Shown here in pieces: positions 48,585-59,332 of a DNA stretch of 64,000 nt. The DNA lies in IMG/VR virus record IMGVR_UViG_3300025087_000038, positions 63,008 to 127,007 of that record; one strand, written 5' to 3'. Origin of the DNA: a virus. The position numbers and the translations under genes are program-made. The first letter of the stretch is position 1, and the number at the start of each line of letters is the position of its first letter. Below the pieces are notes generated by a model that saw only the letters and a program-made list of their open reading frames with translations, was not told where the DNA came from and searched no databases.

Positions 48585-49843
48585 AGTTAACTTTAATTCA
48601 TCCACCACAACCTAAAAGTCTGGACGATAGACTAGATATTCCTTTACAGTTAGCATATCTTGCCAACTTTGCAAGAAAAAACATAAAAGATTTAAAGGTC
48701 AAAATAGTAGACCTATCTTCAGTAGAAGAAAGTGCATGGAAAGAAAAAATTGGCTATGCAGACCTCTACGGCGTAACAGTCTATACCGCTAGTTACAACA
48801 AAGCATTAAAGATACGTGATATCTGTAATCAGCACAATAGTAGAGGTTGTGTTATAGCCGGTGGGCATCACGTAACAGCTTTACCAGAGCAATCGTTAAA
48901 AGACTTTCCGGTCGTTGTAGGGGGGGAGGGAGAGCAAGCATTAGTAAATGTGATTAAGGCAAACTTTCCAGGGTATTATTCTTGTGGTAGAGGTGATATA
49001 GATGACTATGATTATCCAGCTTGGGATTTATTGGACTTTGCGAGTTATCATAGAAAAATAGGTGGGAAGAGATGTATAAGTGTGATAACCAGCAGAGGCT
49101 GCCCATACTCTTGCAATTTTTGTTCAAGGGACGTTATGGGTTCAAGAGTAAGGTTTAGGAGTAAAGAAAAAGTTTTAGAGGAAATAAGGTATTTGGTTGA
49201 TAATTATACGAACTCATTCATTTTTTATGATGATGTGTTTGTAATGAACAGAAGCAGGTTGTATTGGTTATGCGATAGATTTAAAGAACTAGGAATAAAA
49301 TTCAGGTGTAACGGAAGGGTAGGAATAAATACCTACGAAGACTTTAAAAAACTAAAGGAAGGAGGCTGTGATGAAATAGATTTTGGAATAGAAAGCGGAA
49401 GTCAAAAAATGTTAGATTTAATGGGTAAAAAAGTAACCACAGAACAAAATAAAACTGCTATTAGAGAAGCCCAACAAGCCGGATTAATAGTGAAAGCTTT
49501 TTTGGTATTAGGATTCCCCGGAGAAACAAAAGAGACCGTAGAAGAAACAAAAAGATTCATAATGGATTCTGCTCCCGATGTTTACAGTTTATTTGGGTTT
49601 ATTCCGTTTCCTGGTAGCGACACTTTTAGAAATCCAAGTAGGTATGGTATACAGTGGCTATCCTCAAATTGGGATGAATACTACTGTATGGCAGGTCAGA
49701 ACGAAAGCGGTTTGAGCTTTTATTGTGAGTCGTATACAATACAAGATTTTTTAGATTGGAAAAGGGGAATGACAGATTTATTAGTAAGAGTGGGCTACCA
49801 GGGAGAAACACAAGATTATGAAAGGAAAGTAAAATGGCGATAA
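48581..49843 (+). CDS. cobalamin-binding radical SAM protein
   Basis: GGHH...GEGE, TSRGCPYSCNFC, DD.F, GIESGSQ, GFPGET. Confidence 0.9.
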   Translation: MKLTLIHPPQPKSLDDRLDIPLQLAYLANFARKNIKDLKVKIVDLSSVEESAWKEKIGYADLYGVTVYTASYNKALKIRDICNQHNSRGCVIAGGHHVTALPEQSLKDFPVVVGGEGEQALVNVIKANFPGYYSCGRGDIDDYDYPAWDLLDFASYHRKIGGKRCISVITSRGCPYSCNFCSRDVMGSRVRFRSKEKVLEEIRYLVDNYTNSFIFYDDVFVMNRSRLYWLCDRFKELGIKFRCNGRVGINTYEDFKKLKEGGCDEIDFGIESGSQKMLDLMGKKVTTEQNKTAIREAQQAGLIVKAFLVLGFPGETKETVEETKRFIMDSAPDVYSLFGFIPFPGSDTFRNPSRYGIQWLSSNWDEYYCMAGQNESGLSFYCESYTIQDFLDWKRGMTDLLVRVGYQGETQDYERKVKWR

Positions 49844-50045
49844 TTCTGTATGGCATATTGTTTCCAATATTAGTAGTTTATAATACTTTAGCAGCAATCG
49901 GAGTATTTTGTTGGGCAGTGGTATGTCAGATTATAGACTGGACTTATGGTCCTACTATAGTAAGGAAAAAGCAGATAGGTTGTATAAAGAGATTTGGTCG
50001 TTTAGGAGAATACCGAGGGTAATTTTGGGTTAGAGAGGATAGAAT

Positions 50046-50840
50046 ATGTTCAGTATAGGATTGTTTATAAATGAGGTAAATGATTTAGAACGATTAAAAC
50101 TCTTACATGATTGCCAAGTTCAGTTAGGATTTTATCGGATATATATGTACAGGGATTTTGGGGTAAGTGCAAAAGAAATATGCAAAGACAACAATATAAC
50201 AATGGAATCAGTTCACTTGCCAACTAAAGATATGAATACAGATTTAGTACATGAAATAATGTGTTTATTTAATGTAGAAAAGGCTACGATACACGCACAT
50301 GATAATGTGTTAGAGATGTTAATGGGTGAACTGTCTTGGAAAGTATGTTTGGAGAACTTTCCCTATAAAAGTAACAGAAAATATAGGACTCCTATAGATA
50401 TAATTTACGAAGTTGGAAAGAATAAAAAATTAGGTATGACATTAGATATATGTCATGCAGAATCGTTTTGGATGGAACCAATTATACTTTCATCACTTCT
50501 TAAGTATACGGATATCCTTCATCTAAGCAATAAGTTATGGGATAAGAGACCAAAAGATGTTGAGCAACAATTATATCAACATAATCGTACTGGAGATACA
50601 GTAGGGATGCACCCTTTACAAATAATAAAAATAGCGGAAGAAGAAGCTAAAGATAAAGATGCCGGATTTCATACACCAATACATGGATATAAAGGAATAT
50701 TGAATATAGATAAAATTTTAAGCATAATTCTAAAACAGTTTAACTGGAAAGGAGAAACCGTGATAGAATATATGCCCAAATATTTTAACAAGGCAGTAAG
50801 TGATTACTATAAATTAAAGAAAACTTGGGAGAAAATTTAG
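50046..50840 (+). CDS. TIM-barrel sugar-phosphate isomerase/epimerase (AP endonuclease 2 family)
   Basis: SVHLP, H, LEN, TLD.CH, HLS, H.P, IEY. Confidence 0.6.
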   Translation: MFSIGLFINEVNDLERLKLLHDCQVQLGFYRIYMYRDFGVSAKEICKDNNITMESVHLPTKDMNTDLVHEIMCLFNVEKATIHAHDNVLEMLMGELSWKVCLENFPYKSNRKYRTPIDIIYEVGKNKKLGMTLDICHAESFWMEPIILSSLLKYTDILHLSNKLWDKRPKDVEQQLYQHNRTGDTVGMHPLQIIKIAEEEAKDKDAGFHTPIHGYKGILNIDKILSIILKQFNWKGETVIEYMPKYFNKAVSDYYKLKKTWEKI

Positions 50841-50844
50841 TTTT

Positions 50845-50854
50845 GTAGTATAAT
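50845..50854 (+). promoter_or_regulatory. GTAGTATAAT promoter motif
   Basis: recurrent motif. Confidence 0.65.
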
Positions 50855-50897
50855 ATAGGTAGAAAGGTAGTAGAGAGAAAAGAAAGGGGGTAGTAAT

Positions 50898-51131
50898 ATG
50901 AAAACGTTTTACCTTTGCAATGATAGAAAAGGGGTGCATTGTTTTTGTAAGAAACCAACGTATAATTCTTCCCATGATTTCTTTCAGGGCGAGAAAATTT
51001 ATCCTGGCGATTTGCCGAGAGACAGAAAAAAATATAGGGTGATTAGAAAATTTGTAGCTAATGTTACAGGCAATTTAAGTGAACAGGGAGTATATCCTGA
51101 AAAAATTAGGGTAGGAGGCAAAGATGGCTGA
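50898..51131 (+). CDS. hypothetical protein, duplicated at window end
   Basis: 50900-50998 is identical to 63902-64000. Confidence 0.6.
   Translation: MKTFYLCNDRKGVHCFCKKPTYNSSHDFFQGEKIYPGDLPRDRKKYRVIRKFVANVTGNLSEQGVYPEKIRVGGKDG
50900..50998 (+). repeat. 99-bp exact direct repeat, copy 1
   Basis: identical to 63902-64000 (second copy cut by window end). Confidence 0.95.
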
Positions 51132-51187
51132 TACGGTGAGGAAAACATGACCAAAAAAGATTTTGACAAACAGGTTAGGGGTAGGAA

Positions 51188-52081
51188 ATGAACATACTAA
51201 TATTTTCAGGAATAGGAGGGACTTACTTAAAGGAAGACTTACCAGAACGTTGGCCTTGCATAGTAAGAATACTGCGAGAACAAGGCCATATTGTGCACAA
51301 TGTAGGCCCGAATGGGGAATGTAACAGCTGTTTTAAAGACATTTTTAAAGTTGTTGAAGACCTTAAATTTGAACCAAATTTGATTCTTTCTATTGAGGAT
51401 ATATTTGCTGACAACATAAAAGACTGGACAAAATGTCCAACTGTATTCTGGGGTATGGAAACAATGCATCACCATGAGGGACATTTTATCAGAGGAAAAT
51501 TGCACAACTATTGTTTTATAAACGATTTAGTAAGGTGGAACGACTTTAAAAGCAGGGGGTTGAAATGTGAGTTTATGTCATTTGCAGTATCCGATACAAT
51601 TTGGGATTATACTTCACCAAAAGAATATGATATTGCTTATGTAGGCAGACTAGGGAAACAGGATATCGATTACTACAAAGAGCGTTGGGACTACTTTAAA
51701 CTCTTGCAGGAAGACAAGTATTGGGAAGGCAAAATTTTGTATAAGGACCAGCAAAGTAAATTTGAAGACTACGTAAGAGAGACAAGTAGAGGAAGAATCC
51801 AATGGAACTTCGATAGCAAAGACCACTTAAGTGAAAGACACTGGGAAGGTATGGCTTTAGGTTGTGCCCTATTTAACTCTGTAACAGGAGTTGAACAATT
51901 ATTCTGTGATGAACTACACGTAAGTTTGTATAGGGGTAAAGAAGATATGCTACAGAGAGCCAAAAAGTTAATTGAGAGTGGAACGTGGGAACAGATTTGG
52001 GATTTTAGTAGAAAAGATATGTTAGAAAATCATACCTACAAAAACCGAATACAACGGATTTTAGAGGTAGCTTGTGGATGA
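51188..52081 (+). CDS. CgeB-like glycosyltransferase
   Basis: YDIAYVG, N......ERHWE.MALG, HTYKNRIQRIL. Confidence 0.7.
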   Translation: MNILIFSGIGGTYLKEDLPERWPCIVRILREQGHIVHNVGPNGECNSCFKDIFKVVEDLKFEPNLILSIEDIFADNIKDWTKCPTVFWGMETMHHHEGHFIRGKLHNYCFINDLVRWNDFKSRGLKCEFMSFAVSDTIWDYTSPKEYDIAYVGRLGKQDIDYYKERWDYFKLLQEDKYWEGKILYKDQQSKFEDYVRETSRGRIQWNFDSKDHLSERHWEGMALGCALFNSVTGVEQLFCDELHVSLYRGKEDMLQRAKKLIESGTWEQIWDFSRKDMLENHTYKNRIQRILEVACG

Positions 52082-52550
52082 ACCAACTTACTGGCTTGAT
52101 GAACATGAGTACCGATATGTTTTTAGTAGAGTACCAAGGTTATGTGTAGACCTAATTTTGATAACTGATGAAGGTATAGTTTTGGTAAAACGTAACCAGA
52201 CAACATGGAATAAGTATTGGCATATACCAGGTGGTTCAGTTATGTATGATGAAAGTATTAAGGAAGCTTTAAAGCGAATCTGTGATACAGAATTAGGAAT
52301 AACCGCAATACTAAATGAGGAACCAAAAGTTGCGGGATACGCTGAATATGATGAAACAAAACAGAGGGGATATGGTAAATCTAAAAGTTTAGTGTTTTAT
52401 GCAAGAAGTTGCAAACCTTTTACTGTTAAGATTAATGATAATGGAGAACAAATAAAAGTTTTTAAAAAGTTACCTAAAAGGATATTAGAAGAACAAAAAG
52501 AATGGTTAGAAAAAAATAATTTGTGTAAAAATGAAAAAATTGTAATATAA
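52074..52550 (+). CDS. NUDIX hydrolase (GDP-mannose mannosyl hydrolase-like)
   Basis: PRLCVDLI, WHIPGG....ES..EAL.RI..TELG. Confidence 0.75.
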   Translation: MDEPTYWLDEHEYRYVFSRVPRLCVDLILITDEGIVLVKRNQTTWNKYWHIPGGSVMYDESIKEALKRICDTELGITAILNEEPKVAGYAEYDETKQRGYGKSKSLVFYARSCKPFTVKINDNGEQIKVFKKLPKRILEEQKEWLEKNNLCKNEKIVI

Positions 52551-52551
52551 T
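52542..52551 (+). promoter_or_regulatory. variant promoter motif GTAATATAAT
   Basis: 9/10 match and shared upstream context with 39278. Confidence 0.55.
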
Positions 52552-52945
52552 ATAAGTGGGAGCAATATGAACTATCTTAAATGCTATAGCTGTTATGACA
52601 TATTGGATGATAAGCAAGAAATATTTACGCATTATGGTGAAATATTACGGTTTTGTAGTAAATGCGCTACAATGGTTAGAGAAGACATAGAGAAAATGAT
52701 AAAAGAAAAGGATGGAGCAGAATAATGGGAAAAGGAACAGACAAATCAATAGATGAAATGATGAGCGAGTTATTTACGGCGTGGGATTACATTGAAGTTG
52801 GAAGATTTAATAAAGATTGTCCCTGGTTTTGCAGGAATGGGACAGATGAAGGGTTAAGTAGTTCGGAGAAAGAGGTTGGTGCGACGGGTAAAACCCCGAC
52901 TGAAGCAGTAGAAAAAGCATACAAAAAAGTGTTTAAAGGGGTAAA

Positions 52946-54070
52946 ATGAATATAGGATTTCTAAGTAACTGGTCAAGACGATGCGGTATAGCAGTACATC
53001 AAAGGTATTTAGCAGATGTTTTAAAAAAAGCAGGCAATGAAATACGAATTTATCGGCAGTATAGTGCTGTAGACGATTTACTTGATACTTGGGGGCATAA
53101 GGTATTTGAATGTTATCATAGAGGACAAGATCCAAGTGATAGACAAGGAATCTCAGTAGCTGGAATATTGGAAGATGTAGTAGAACATAAAATTGATGTG
53201 TTTCATATTCAAGGATTTGACATGAGAGCTTGTGATGTAAACAAAAAGTTAATTGAACTATTGAAAGAATTAAAAAGACTACATGTAAAAGTATTTGAAA
53301 CATTCCATGCGAGTTGTCCTAGTCATGACTTTGAAGACGGAATACTAGATGGTGGTATAGTTCATGATGAAAGAACGTTAAACTTTTTTAAAGGCTATTT
53401 GCCAAAAGTTCCAATATACTGGATACGAATGGGAGTTCCAGAACTGGTAAAGTTAAGCAAAGAAGAAAAAGAGGTTGGTAAAAAAGAAATTTTGAGAACA
53501 GAATCAAAGCATGTAGTAGGTTCATTTGGAATGATGAGAAATGAATATGGAACAACCTTACCAGCGATAGCGGAACTAAGAAAAACGTATCCAGATATCC
53601 TTTATGTGATTCATGTCTCACGAGAAGAATATTTAGGTGGAGTAGTAGCTTTAATACAAAAGTTGGGGCTAGAAAAAAATGTACGTCTAACTTCAAAATG
53701 GATGGAACCAGATGAACTGCATGTACGGTTTAGTTGTTGTGATATCCTACTTTTTCATTATTCATGTCCGAATATGGGGGCAACATCATCAGCAGCACAT
53801 GTAGGAATAGGTATGCACATTCCGGTGATTACCACTAATGCAACATTTTTTGATAGCGTAAGAGGATATGTGTTTGAGATACCTTGTAGTAGTAATCCAA
53901 CGAATGCGGTCCAAGCTACTAATACTTTATTTCTTGAAAAAAATCATCCTATGCAAGGCGATTTTTATTCTAGATTTTCTGATAAAGCAGATGAATATGC
54001 AAAAGAGAACAGTTGGGAAAAGGTAGCAAAGAGACATATAGAAATATATGAGAAAGGAGTAGAGAAATGA
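52946..54070 (+). CDS. glycosyltransferase family 4 (GT-B)
   Basis: W..RCGIA, HIQ, TFH, SFG, TSSA, NSWEKVA..H. Confidence 0.8.
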   Translation: MNIGFLSNWSRRCGIAVHQRYLADVLKKAGNEIRIYRQYSAVDDLLDTWGHKVFECYHRGQDPSDRQGISVAGILEDVVEHKIDVFHIQGFDMRACDVNKKLIELLKELKRLHVKVFETFHASCPSHDFEDGILDGGIVHDERTLNFFKGYLPKVPIYWIRMGVPELVKLSKEEKEVGKKEILRTESKHVVGSFGMMRNEYGTTLPAIAELRKTYPDILYVIHVSREEYLGGVVALIQKLGLEKNVRLTSKWMEPDELHVRFSCCDILLFHYSCPNMGATSSAAHVGIGMHIPVITTNATFFDSVRGYVFEIPCSSNPTNAVQATNTLFLEKNHPMQGDFYSRFSDKADEYAKENSWEKVAKRHIEIYEKGVEK

Positions 54071-54257
54071 TTATCTTTGCAGGAATAGAGGCGTCAATAG
54101 TACTATTGTTAGAATCTATGTGTGAGATGTCTACAAATTATGTTTGTATTTTGATATTTGGGGTTTGCACTCTTCTGGTTATTGTTTTTAGCATAATTAA
54201 TTGTCTGGATATAGGGGAAGGTATCCCCGCTGGATTTTTGAAAAGGTGGGGTAGGGA

Positions 54258-55007
54258 ATGGTTACAGTAGTACTGTGCGCACATAATCAGTTACCGTATA
54301 CAAAACTTGCAATAAAAAGTTTAATAGAGCGAACTAATCAAGACTTTAAAATGATTTTAGTAGATAGTGGAAGTACAGATGGGACTACTGAGTATTTCAA
54401 GGAAGTACAAAAAGAAAGAAAGGATAGAGATACAGTTTTAACTTTTTCAGAAAACATAAATACCGTAGCATCCTACAACGAAGGAATAGAGTTACTGGAT
54501 ACTGAGTACGTTGCTTTTTTAAGCAACGATCAAATAGTTTCACATAACTGGTGGAAACCAATAGAAGAATTGTTGAAAGACAAAAGCATTGGATTAGCAT
54601 CTTGCAAAATGTTGTCGGGGGAATTAACTCTAGAAAATGCTTATGGGAAAACAGAAGAATTAAGTAAAGGCTGGACTGGAGTTGGAGATGTAGAATACGA
54701 AGCGAACCAGCCTTGGAGTTTTAGAACAGAATTAGTAAGAGAGATAGGTGATTTTGACCCAATGTACGTTTATGGCTGGTATATGGACTTTGACTACTTC
54801 AATCGAGTTATTGTAAAAGGATTGAGAGTAGTACAAACGTTAGAAAGTTTTACTTATCACTTTGGCTCAGTTACACTTAAAACGTTTATGGACAAGAGAC
54901 ATGAATGGGATGAACCAAACAGAAACTACTTTATAAAAAAATGGAAAGACGTACCTGGAGATTTATGGGGTAGGCGGTATGGGAATGGAGTTTTAAAGGA
55001 GGGTTAG
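54258..55007 (+). CDS. glycosyltransferase family 2
   Basis: VDSGSTDGT, N.G, SND, IG.FD..Y..GWY.D.D, YHFG. Confidence 0.85.
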   Translation: MVTVVLCAHNQLPYTKLAIKSLIERTNQDFKMILVDSGSTDGTTEYFKEVQKERKDRDTVLTFSENINTVASYNEGIELLDTEYVAFLSNDQIVSHNWWKPIEELLKDKSIGLASCKMLSGELTLENAYGKTEELSKGWTGVGDVEYEANQPWSFRTELVREIGDFDPMYVYGWYMDFDYFNRVIVKGLRVVQTLESFTYHFGSVTLKTFMDKRHEWDEPNRNYFIKKWKDVPGDLWGRRYGNGVLKEG

Positions 55008-55580
55008 ATGGGCTTTAAAATAGAATCAGAACATCTAAACGGAGTAAAGGTTATAGTTCCAGATGTCTATGCAGATAACCGTGGATATTTCATGGAAACA
55101 TATCGAGAAGATGTTTTTAGGGAAATAGGAATACCGGATAAGTTTGTTCAGGATAACCAATCAAAGTCAATGGAAGGGGTAGTTCGAGGCCTTCATTTTC
55201 AATGGGGCCCTCCTATGGGAAAACTTATGCGAGTTGCATGTGGTAGCGCTTTTTTAGTTGCAGTGGATGTAAGAAAAGGCTCTCCAACATTAGGTAAATG
55301 GTTTGGAATATGGGCAGATAATATAGATAAAAAGCAGGTATGGGCACCGGCGGGATTTGCTAGAGGATTTTATGCTGATTGGGATAGTACTATAGTTCAA
55401 TATAAATGTACAGCAATGCATAACAAGGAATGTGAAAGTGGTATACTTTGGAATGATCCGGAAATTGGAATTGATTGGCCTGGGGGAGAGTACATCTTAT
55501 CAGAAAAGGATAAAAATGCTCAAACATTAAAAGAATGGTTTTCCAAACCGGCGTCAAATAGCTTTAGGTATGAGGAATAG
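55008..55580 (+). CDS. rmlC: dTDP-4-dehydrorhamnose 3,5-epimerase
   Basis: D.RGYFMET, FVQDN.S.S, RGLHFQ, DVRKGSPT.G.W, P.GFA.GF, LSEKD. Confidence 0.92.
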   Translation: MGFKIESEHLNGVKVIVPDVYADNRGYFMETYREDVFREIGIPDKFVQDNQSKSMEGVVRGLHFQWGPPMGKLMRVACGSAFLVAVDVRKGSPTLGKWFGIWADNIDKKQVWAPAGFARGFYADWDSTIVQYKCTAMHNKECESGILWNDPEIGIDWPGGEYILSEKDKNAQTLKEWFSKPASNSFRYEE

Positions 55581-56549
55581 ATGAAAATCTTAGTAGTAGG
55601 TGGAGCAGGATACGTAGGTTCGGTTTTAATTCCAAAGTTATTGGATAGAGGTTATGGAGTAGGTGTAGTAGACTTATTTTGGTTTGGAAACTATTTACCA
55701 AAAGAAGCAAAAGTAATCGAGAAGGATGTCTTCCATTTAAAAGAATCGGATTTAAAAGATTACGACCAAGTAATTTTTCTAGCTGGACTCTCCAATGACC
55801 CTATGGCTGAATGTGCTCCGGCAATGAACTTTATTTTCAATAATGCAGCACCTACTTATTTAGCGTATATTGCAAAGAAGGCCGGAGTAAAGAGGTTTAT
55901 CTATGCAAGCTCATGTAGTATTTATGGTTATAGGGTAAACGAGTTATGCGATGAAGATTCTGGAACAATGAAGACGTGTAGTTTTCCTTATGGAATATCA
56001 AAGTTTCAAGGTGAGCAAGGTTGTCTTCAGATGGTTGGTGATACGTTTTCAGTTATCTGCTTACGCAAGGGTACGATTTCGGGTTACAGTCCAAGGATGC
56101 GGTTAGACTTAATCGTTAACATGATGTTTAAATGTGCCATCAAAGATGCAAAGATTGCTGTGACTAACCCTTCACTATGGAGACCGATTCTTGCAATACA
56201 GGATGCCGCTACGGCTTATGTCAGAGCAATTGAATCTGAAAGCAGTGTTTCTGGTGTGTTTAATATTTCTTCCGGGAACTATACGGTGGGAGAAGTAGCA
56301 GATGTGGTAGCTCAAAGAGTCGGCAAAAACGTGAAAGTAGATATTCAACATATACCAGATTTAAGGAGCTACAAAGTAAAAACAGAAAAAGCAAGAGATG
56401 TACTAGGATTTAAGGCTACGTTCGATGTAAAAGATATTGTAGAAGAGTTAGCAGACAACTTGCATAGATTTGGAGACTTTGGTAATCCAAAATACTCCAA
56501 CATAGAAGTTTTTAAAGGTATAAAAAAATGGGAACTGGAAAATATATGA
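55581..56549 (+). CDS. NAD-dependent epimerase/dehydratase (SDR)
   Basis: GGAGYVG, SNDP, ASSCSIYG, YGISK, R.DL.VN. Confidence 0.9.
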   Translation: MKILVVGGAGYVGSVLIPKLLDRGYGVGVVDLFWFGNYLPKEAKVIEKDVFHLKESDLKDYDQVIFLAGLSNDPMAECAPAMNFIFNNAAPTYLAYIAKKAGVKRFIYASSCSIYGYRVNELCDEDSGTMKTCSFPYGISKFQGEQGCLQMVGDTFSVICLRKGTISGYSPRMRLDLIVNMMFKCAIKDAKIAVTNPSLWRPILAIQDAATAYVRAIESESSVSGVFNISSGNYTVGEVADVVAQRVGKNVKVDIQHIPDLRSYKVKTEKARDVLGFKATFDVKDIVEELADNLHRFGDFGNPKYSNIEVFKGIKKWELENI

Positions 56550-57497
56550 AAAAAGATTTTTTGTTTAATGAAACTGAGAATTTGTATTTGAGCTACCAGA
56601 AATTAAGCGGCAAGAAGATCAAAGATATTGTTGGGTATGTTTCAACTGAACTGGGTGACGTAGCTTTTAAGTTAAGTAAGGTTATCTTTGAAGACGGAAC
56701 AGAGCAGTATGTTGAAGGAGAACATGATTTTCCGTATATGACGGATGACAGTGATGAAACTACAAAAAGAATGGAAGAAATAGATGCTGAGAAGTCGCGG
56801 GAATTGGAAGAAGAGAATCGGCGTTTATCTGGACTAGGAGGGTAGGTTTGTATTGTAGATGACAAGGAGGTAGAAATGGAAATAGTTACAAGAGAAGAAT
56901 TAGAAGATTTAAGAAAAGCGGTAAAAAGGGAGCGAAATGTAGCTAAGAAACTTGACTTAATGGGTAAGTTGTTTTATGCTGAACGTGAAGTTGAACAATT
57001 GGATAACTACTGGGAAACCTCTGATGATAGTGATGATTTTCAAGTAGTTTAGGAGAAAGGGATGAAAAAGAAAAAAGAAAAGCGTTACTGGTTTAGTGTA
57101 GTAGAGGAAGGAATACAGAACCCTAAGTTTGCGCATTTTAGAGGCGGTAGGATAGAGGTATATAATAGAAAGGATAAGACTAGTGGCAATTATGCTATTT
57201 ACGAGGCGCGATTTATGATTCCAGAAGAGTTCATGCAGGGGTTTAGAGAATTGTTTGACTTTAAAGAGTCTAGTCGTATGCCTTACATAAGATGGGATGT
57301 AAAAGGAGATACAAAATGACTTGTCCGAGATGCGGTAAAAATATGGTAAGACAAAAAGGGGTTGAAATTTATCTGTCTAATCCACCACAATGGGATGAAC
57401 AATGGTGGTGTGGTTGCGGGTATGCAAGCGGTTGGACACGTGTAAGAGGGCTAACGAAACAAGAAATGTTAAGAGAAGAATGGGGGAACATAAATAA

Positions 57498-58301
57498 ATG
57501 AAAGTAGTAATTCTGTGCGGTGGCCAGGGTAGTAGGTTACAAGAGGAAACCGAAAGAATACCTAAACCAATGGTAGCGATTGGTGGAAAGCCAATCTTAT
57601 GGCACATAATGAAAATTTACAGTCATTATGGCATTAATGAATTTGTGTTATGTCTAGGGTATAAGCATGAAGTGATAAAAAAATATTTTTCAGATTACAG
57701 AGTAACAAATTTTGATTTTACATGGGATGCATTCCATGATACTTGTTGGTTTGATATTGGTACGCATGAAAGTAGGATGAGAGAAGAGCTCCAGTGGAAA
57801 GTTACGTTAGTTGACACAGGAGAAAACACTGCAACTGGTGGAAGGCTAAAAAGAGTACAAGAGTTTACTGGTAATGATGAATTTATGCTAACTTACGGAG
57901 ATGGCTTATCAGATGTTAACATTTGTAACCTTCTGGTATTTCATCGTAAGCACAATTGGGAAGGGGAGGTAGTAACATTGACAGCAGTACCAAGTGCTGG
58001 AAGATTTGGGGCTATAGAATTAGGAGAATTTGATCACGTAGATAAATTTGTTGAGAAACCGGATAAGGACCATTTGATAAACGGTGGGTTCTTTGTAATG
58101 GAACCAAAAATTTTTAACTACATAAAAGGAGACGACACAGATTTAGTAGCTGTTTTAAAAAAGGTATCAAAAGAAGGTAGATTAGTAGCATACAAGCATA
58201 CAGGATACTGGAAATGTATGGATACACTAAAGGATAAGAAAGAGTTGGAAGAAGAATGGAAAACTGGTAAAGCTAGATGGAAGGTGTGGGAGGACAAATG
58301 A
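57498..58301 (+). CDS. rfbF: glucose-1-phosphate cytidylyltransferase
   Basis: GGQGSRL.EET..PKPMV.IG, DTG..T.TGGRL, TYGDG, INGGFF, W.CMDT. Confidence 0.92.
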   Translation: MKVVILCGGQGSRLQEETERIPKPMVAIGGKPILWHIMKIYSHYGINEFVLCLGYKHEVIKKYFSDYRVTNFDFTWDAFHDTCWFDIGTHESRMREELQWKVTLVDTGENTATGGRLKRVQEFTGNDEFMLTYGDGLSDVNICNLLVFHRKHNWEGEVVTLTAVPSAGRFGAIELGEFDHVDKFVEKPDKDHLINGGFFVMEPKIFNYIKGDDTDLVAVLKKVSKEGRLVAYKHTGYWKCMDTLKDKKELEEEWKTGKARWKVWEDK

Positions 58302-59332
58302 GGGTATTGCTAACTGGAAATCTAGGTTACATTGGTAGAGTCTTAAGCAACTACTTATCGAGTTTTGGCTATGAAATTGTAGGTTTGGATAACCATTACT
58401 ATAACTATGAATTTTACGGTCAGGAGTCTGGGGTAACCTCTCAGCATATGCGGGATATTCGTGATGTAGAAAAAGAAGACTTAAAAGGAGTAGAGGCAAT
58501 AATTCATTTAGCGGCATTATCAAATGACCCATTAGGGGAAATCGATAAGAAAGTAACCGAAGAAATAAACTGGAAAGCAACAGTAAGACTGGCAACAATG
58601 GCTAAAGAGGTAGGGATACGAAGGTTTATTTTTTCATCATCATGTAGTGTTTACGGAAGAAAAAAGGGTGACAAAGCTTTAACTGAACGGGATGATACAA
58701 ATGCTTTAACAGCGTATGCACTTAGTAAGGTTTTGGCCGAAAAAGACTTGCTAAGGTTAAAGGACGAGAACTTTTGTCCTACACTAATGAGAAATGCAAC
58801 TGTCTATGGTCTTTCTCCTTCCTTAAGACTTGATTTAGTAGTAAACAATCTTGTAGCTTTAGGGATGTTAACGGGTAAAGTTTCAATAATGAGTGACGGC
58901 CTTCCCTGGAGGCCGATAATCCACGTGAAGGACTTATGCCAGGCATTTCAAGTGATACTAAATGCGTCAGAAGAAAAAGTAACAGAACAAATCTACAACA
59001 TTGGCAGAAGCAAGGAAAACTGGAGAATAAAAGAAATCGGAGAACAGGTAGGTGAAGAACTGGGTTGCAAAGTAGAAATCCTGAATAAGACAGGCGGAGA
59101 CGACAGGAGTTACTGTGTATCTTTTTACAAATTTCTTAACTCGTTTGTAGAGTTTAAACCAAAATGGACTTTGAGGTTAGGAATAAAAGAACTAATTGTT
59201 GGTTATACTGAACACGGACTTGAAAAATGCTGTTTGAAAAGCTCAGAATTCTTTAGATTACAGAAGATATCTGAACTACAAAAAATTGGTGCGTTGGATA
59301 AGGAGTTGAGATGGACAAAAGAGAAGAAATAA
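58298..59332 (+). CDS. NAD-dependent epimerase/dehydratase (SDR) (ORF track start 58277)
   Basis: TG..GYIG, HLAALSNDP, SSCSVYG, YALSK, RLDLVVN. Confidence 0.9.
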   Translation: MRVLLTGNLGYIGRVLSNYLSSFGYEIVGLDNHYYNYEFYGQESGVTSQHMRDIRDVEKEDLKGVEAIIHLAALSNDPLGEIDKKVTEEINWKATVRLATMAKEVGIRRFIFSSSCSVYGRKKGDKALTERDDTNALTAYALSKVLAEKDLLRLKDENFCPTLMRNATVYGLSPSLRLDLVVNNLVALGMLTGKVSIMSDGLPWRPIIHVKDLCQAFQVILNASEEKVTEQIYNIGRSKENWRIKEIGEQVGEELGCKVEILNKTGGDDRSYCVSFYKFLNSFVEFKPKWTLRLGIKELIVGYTEHGLEKCCLKSSEFFRLQKISELQKIGALDKELRWTKEKK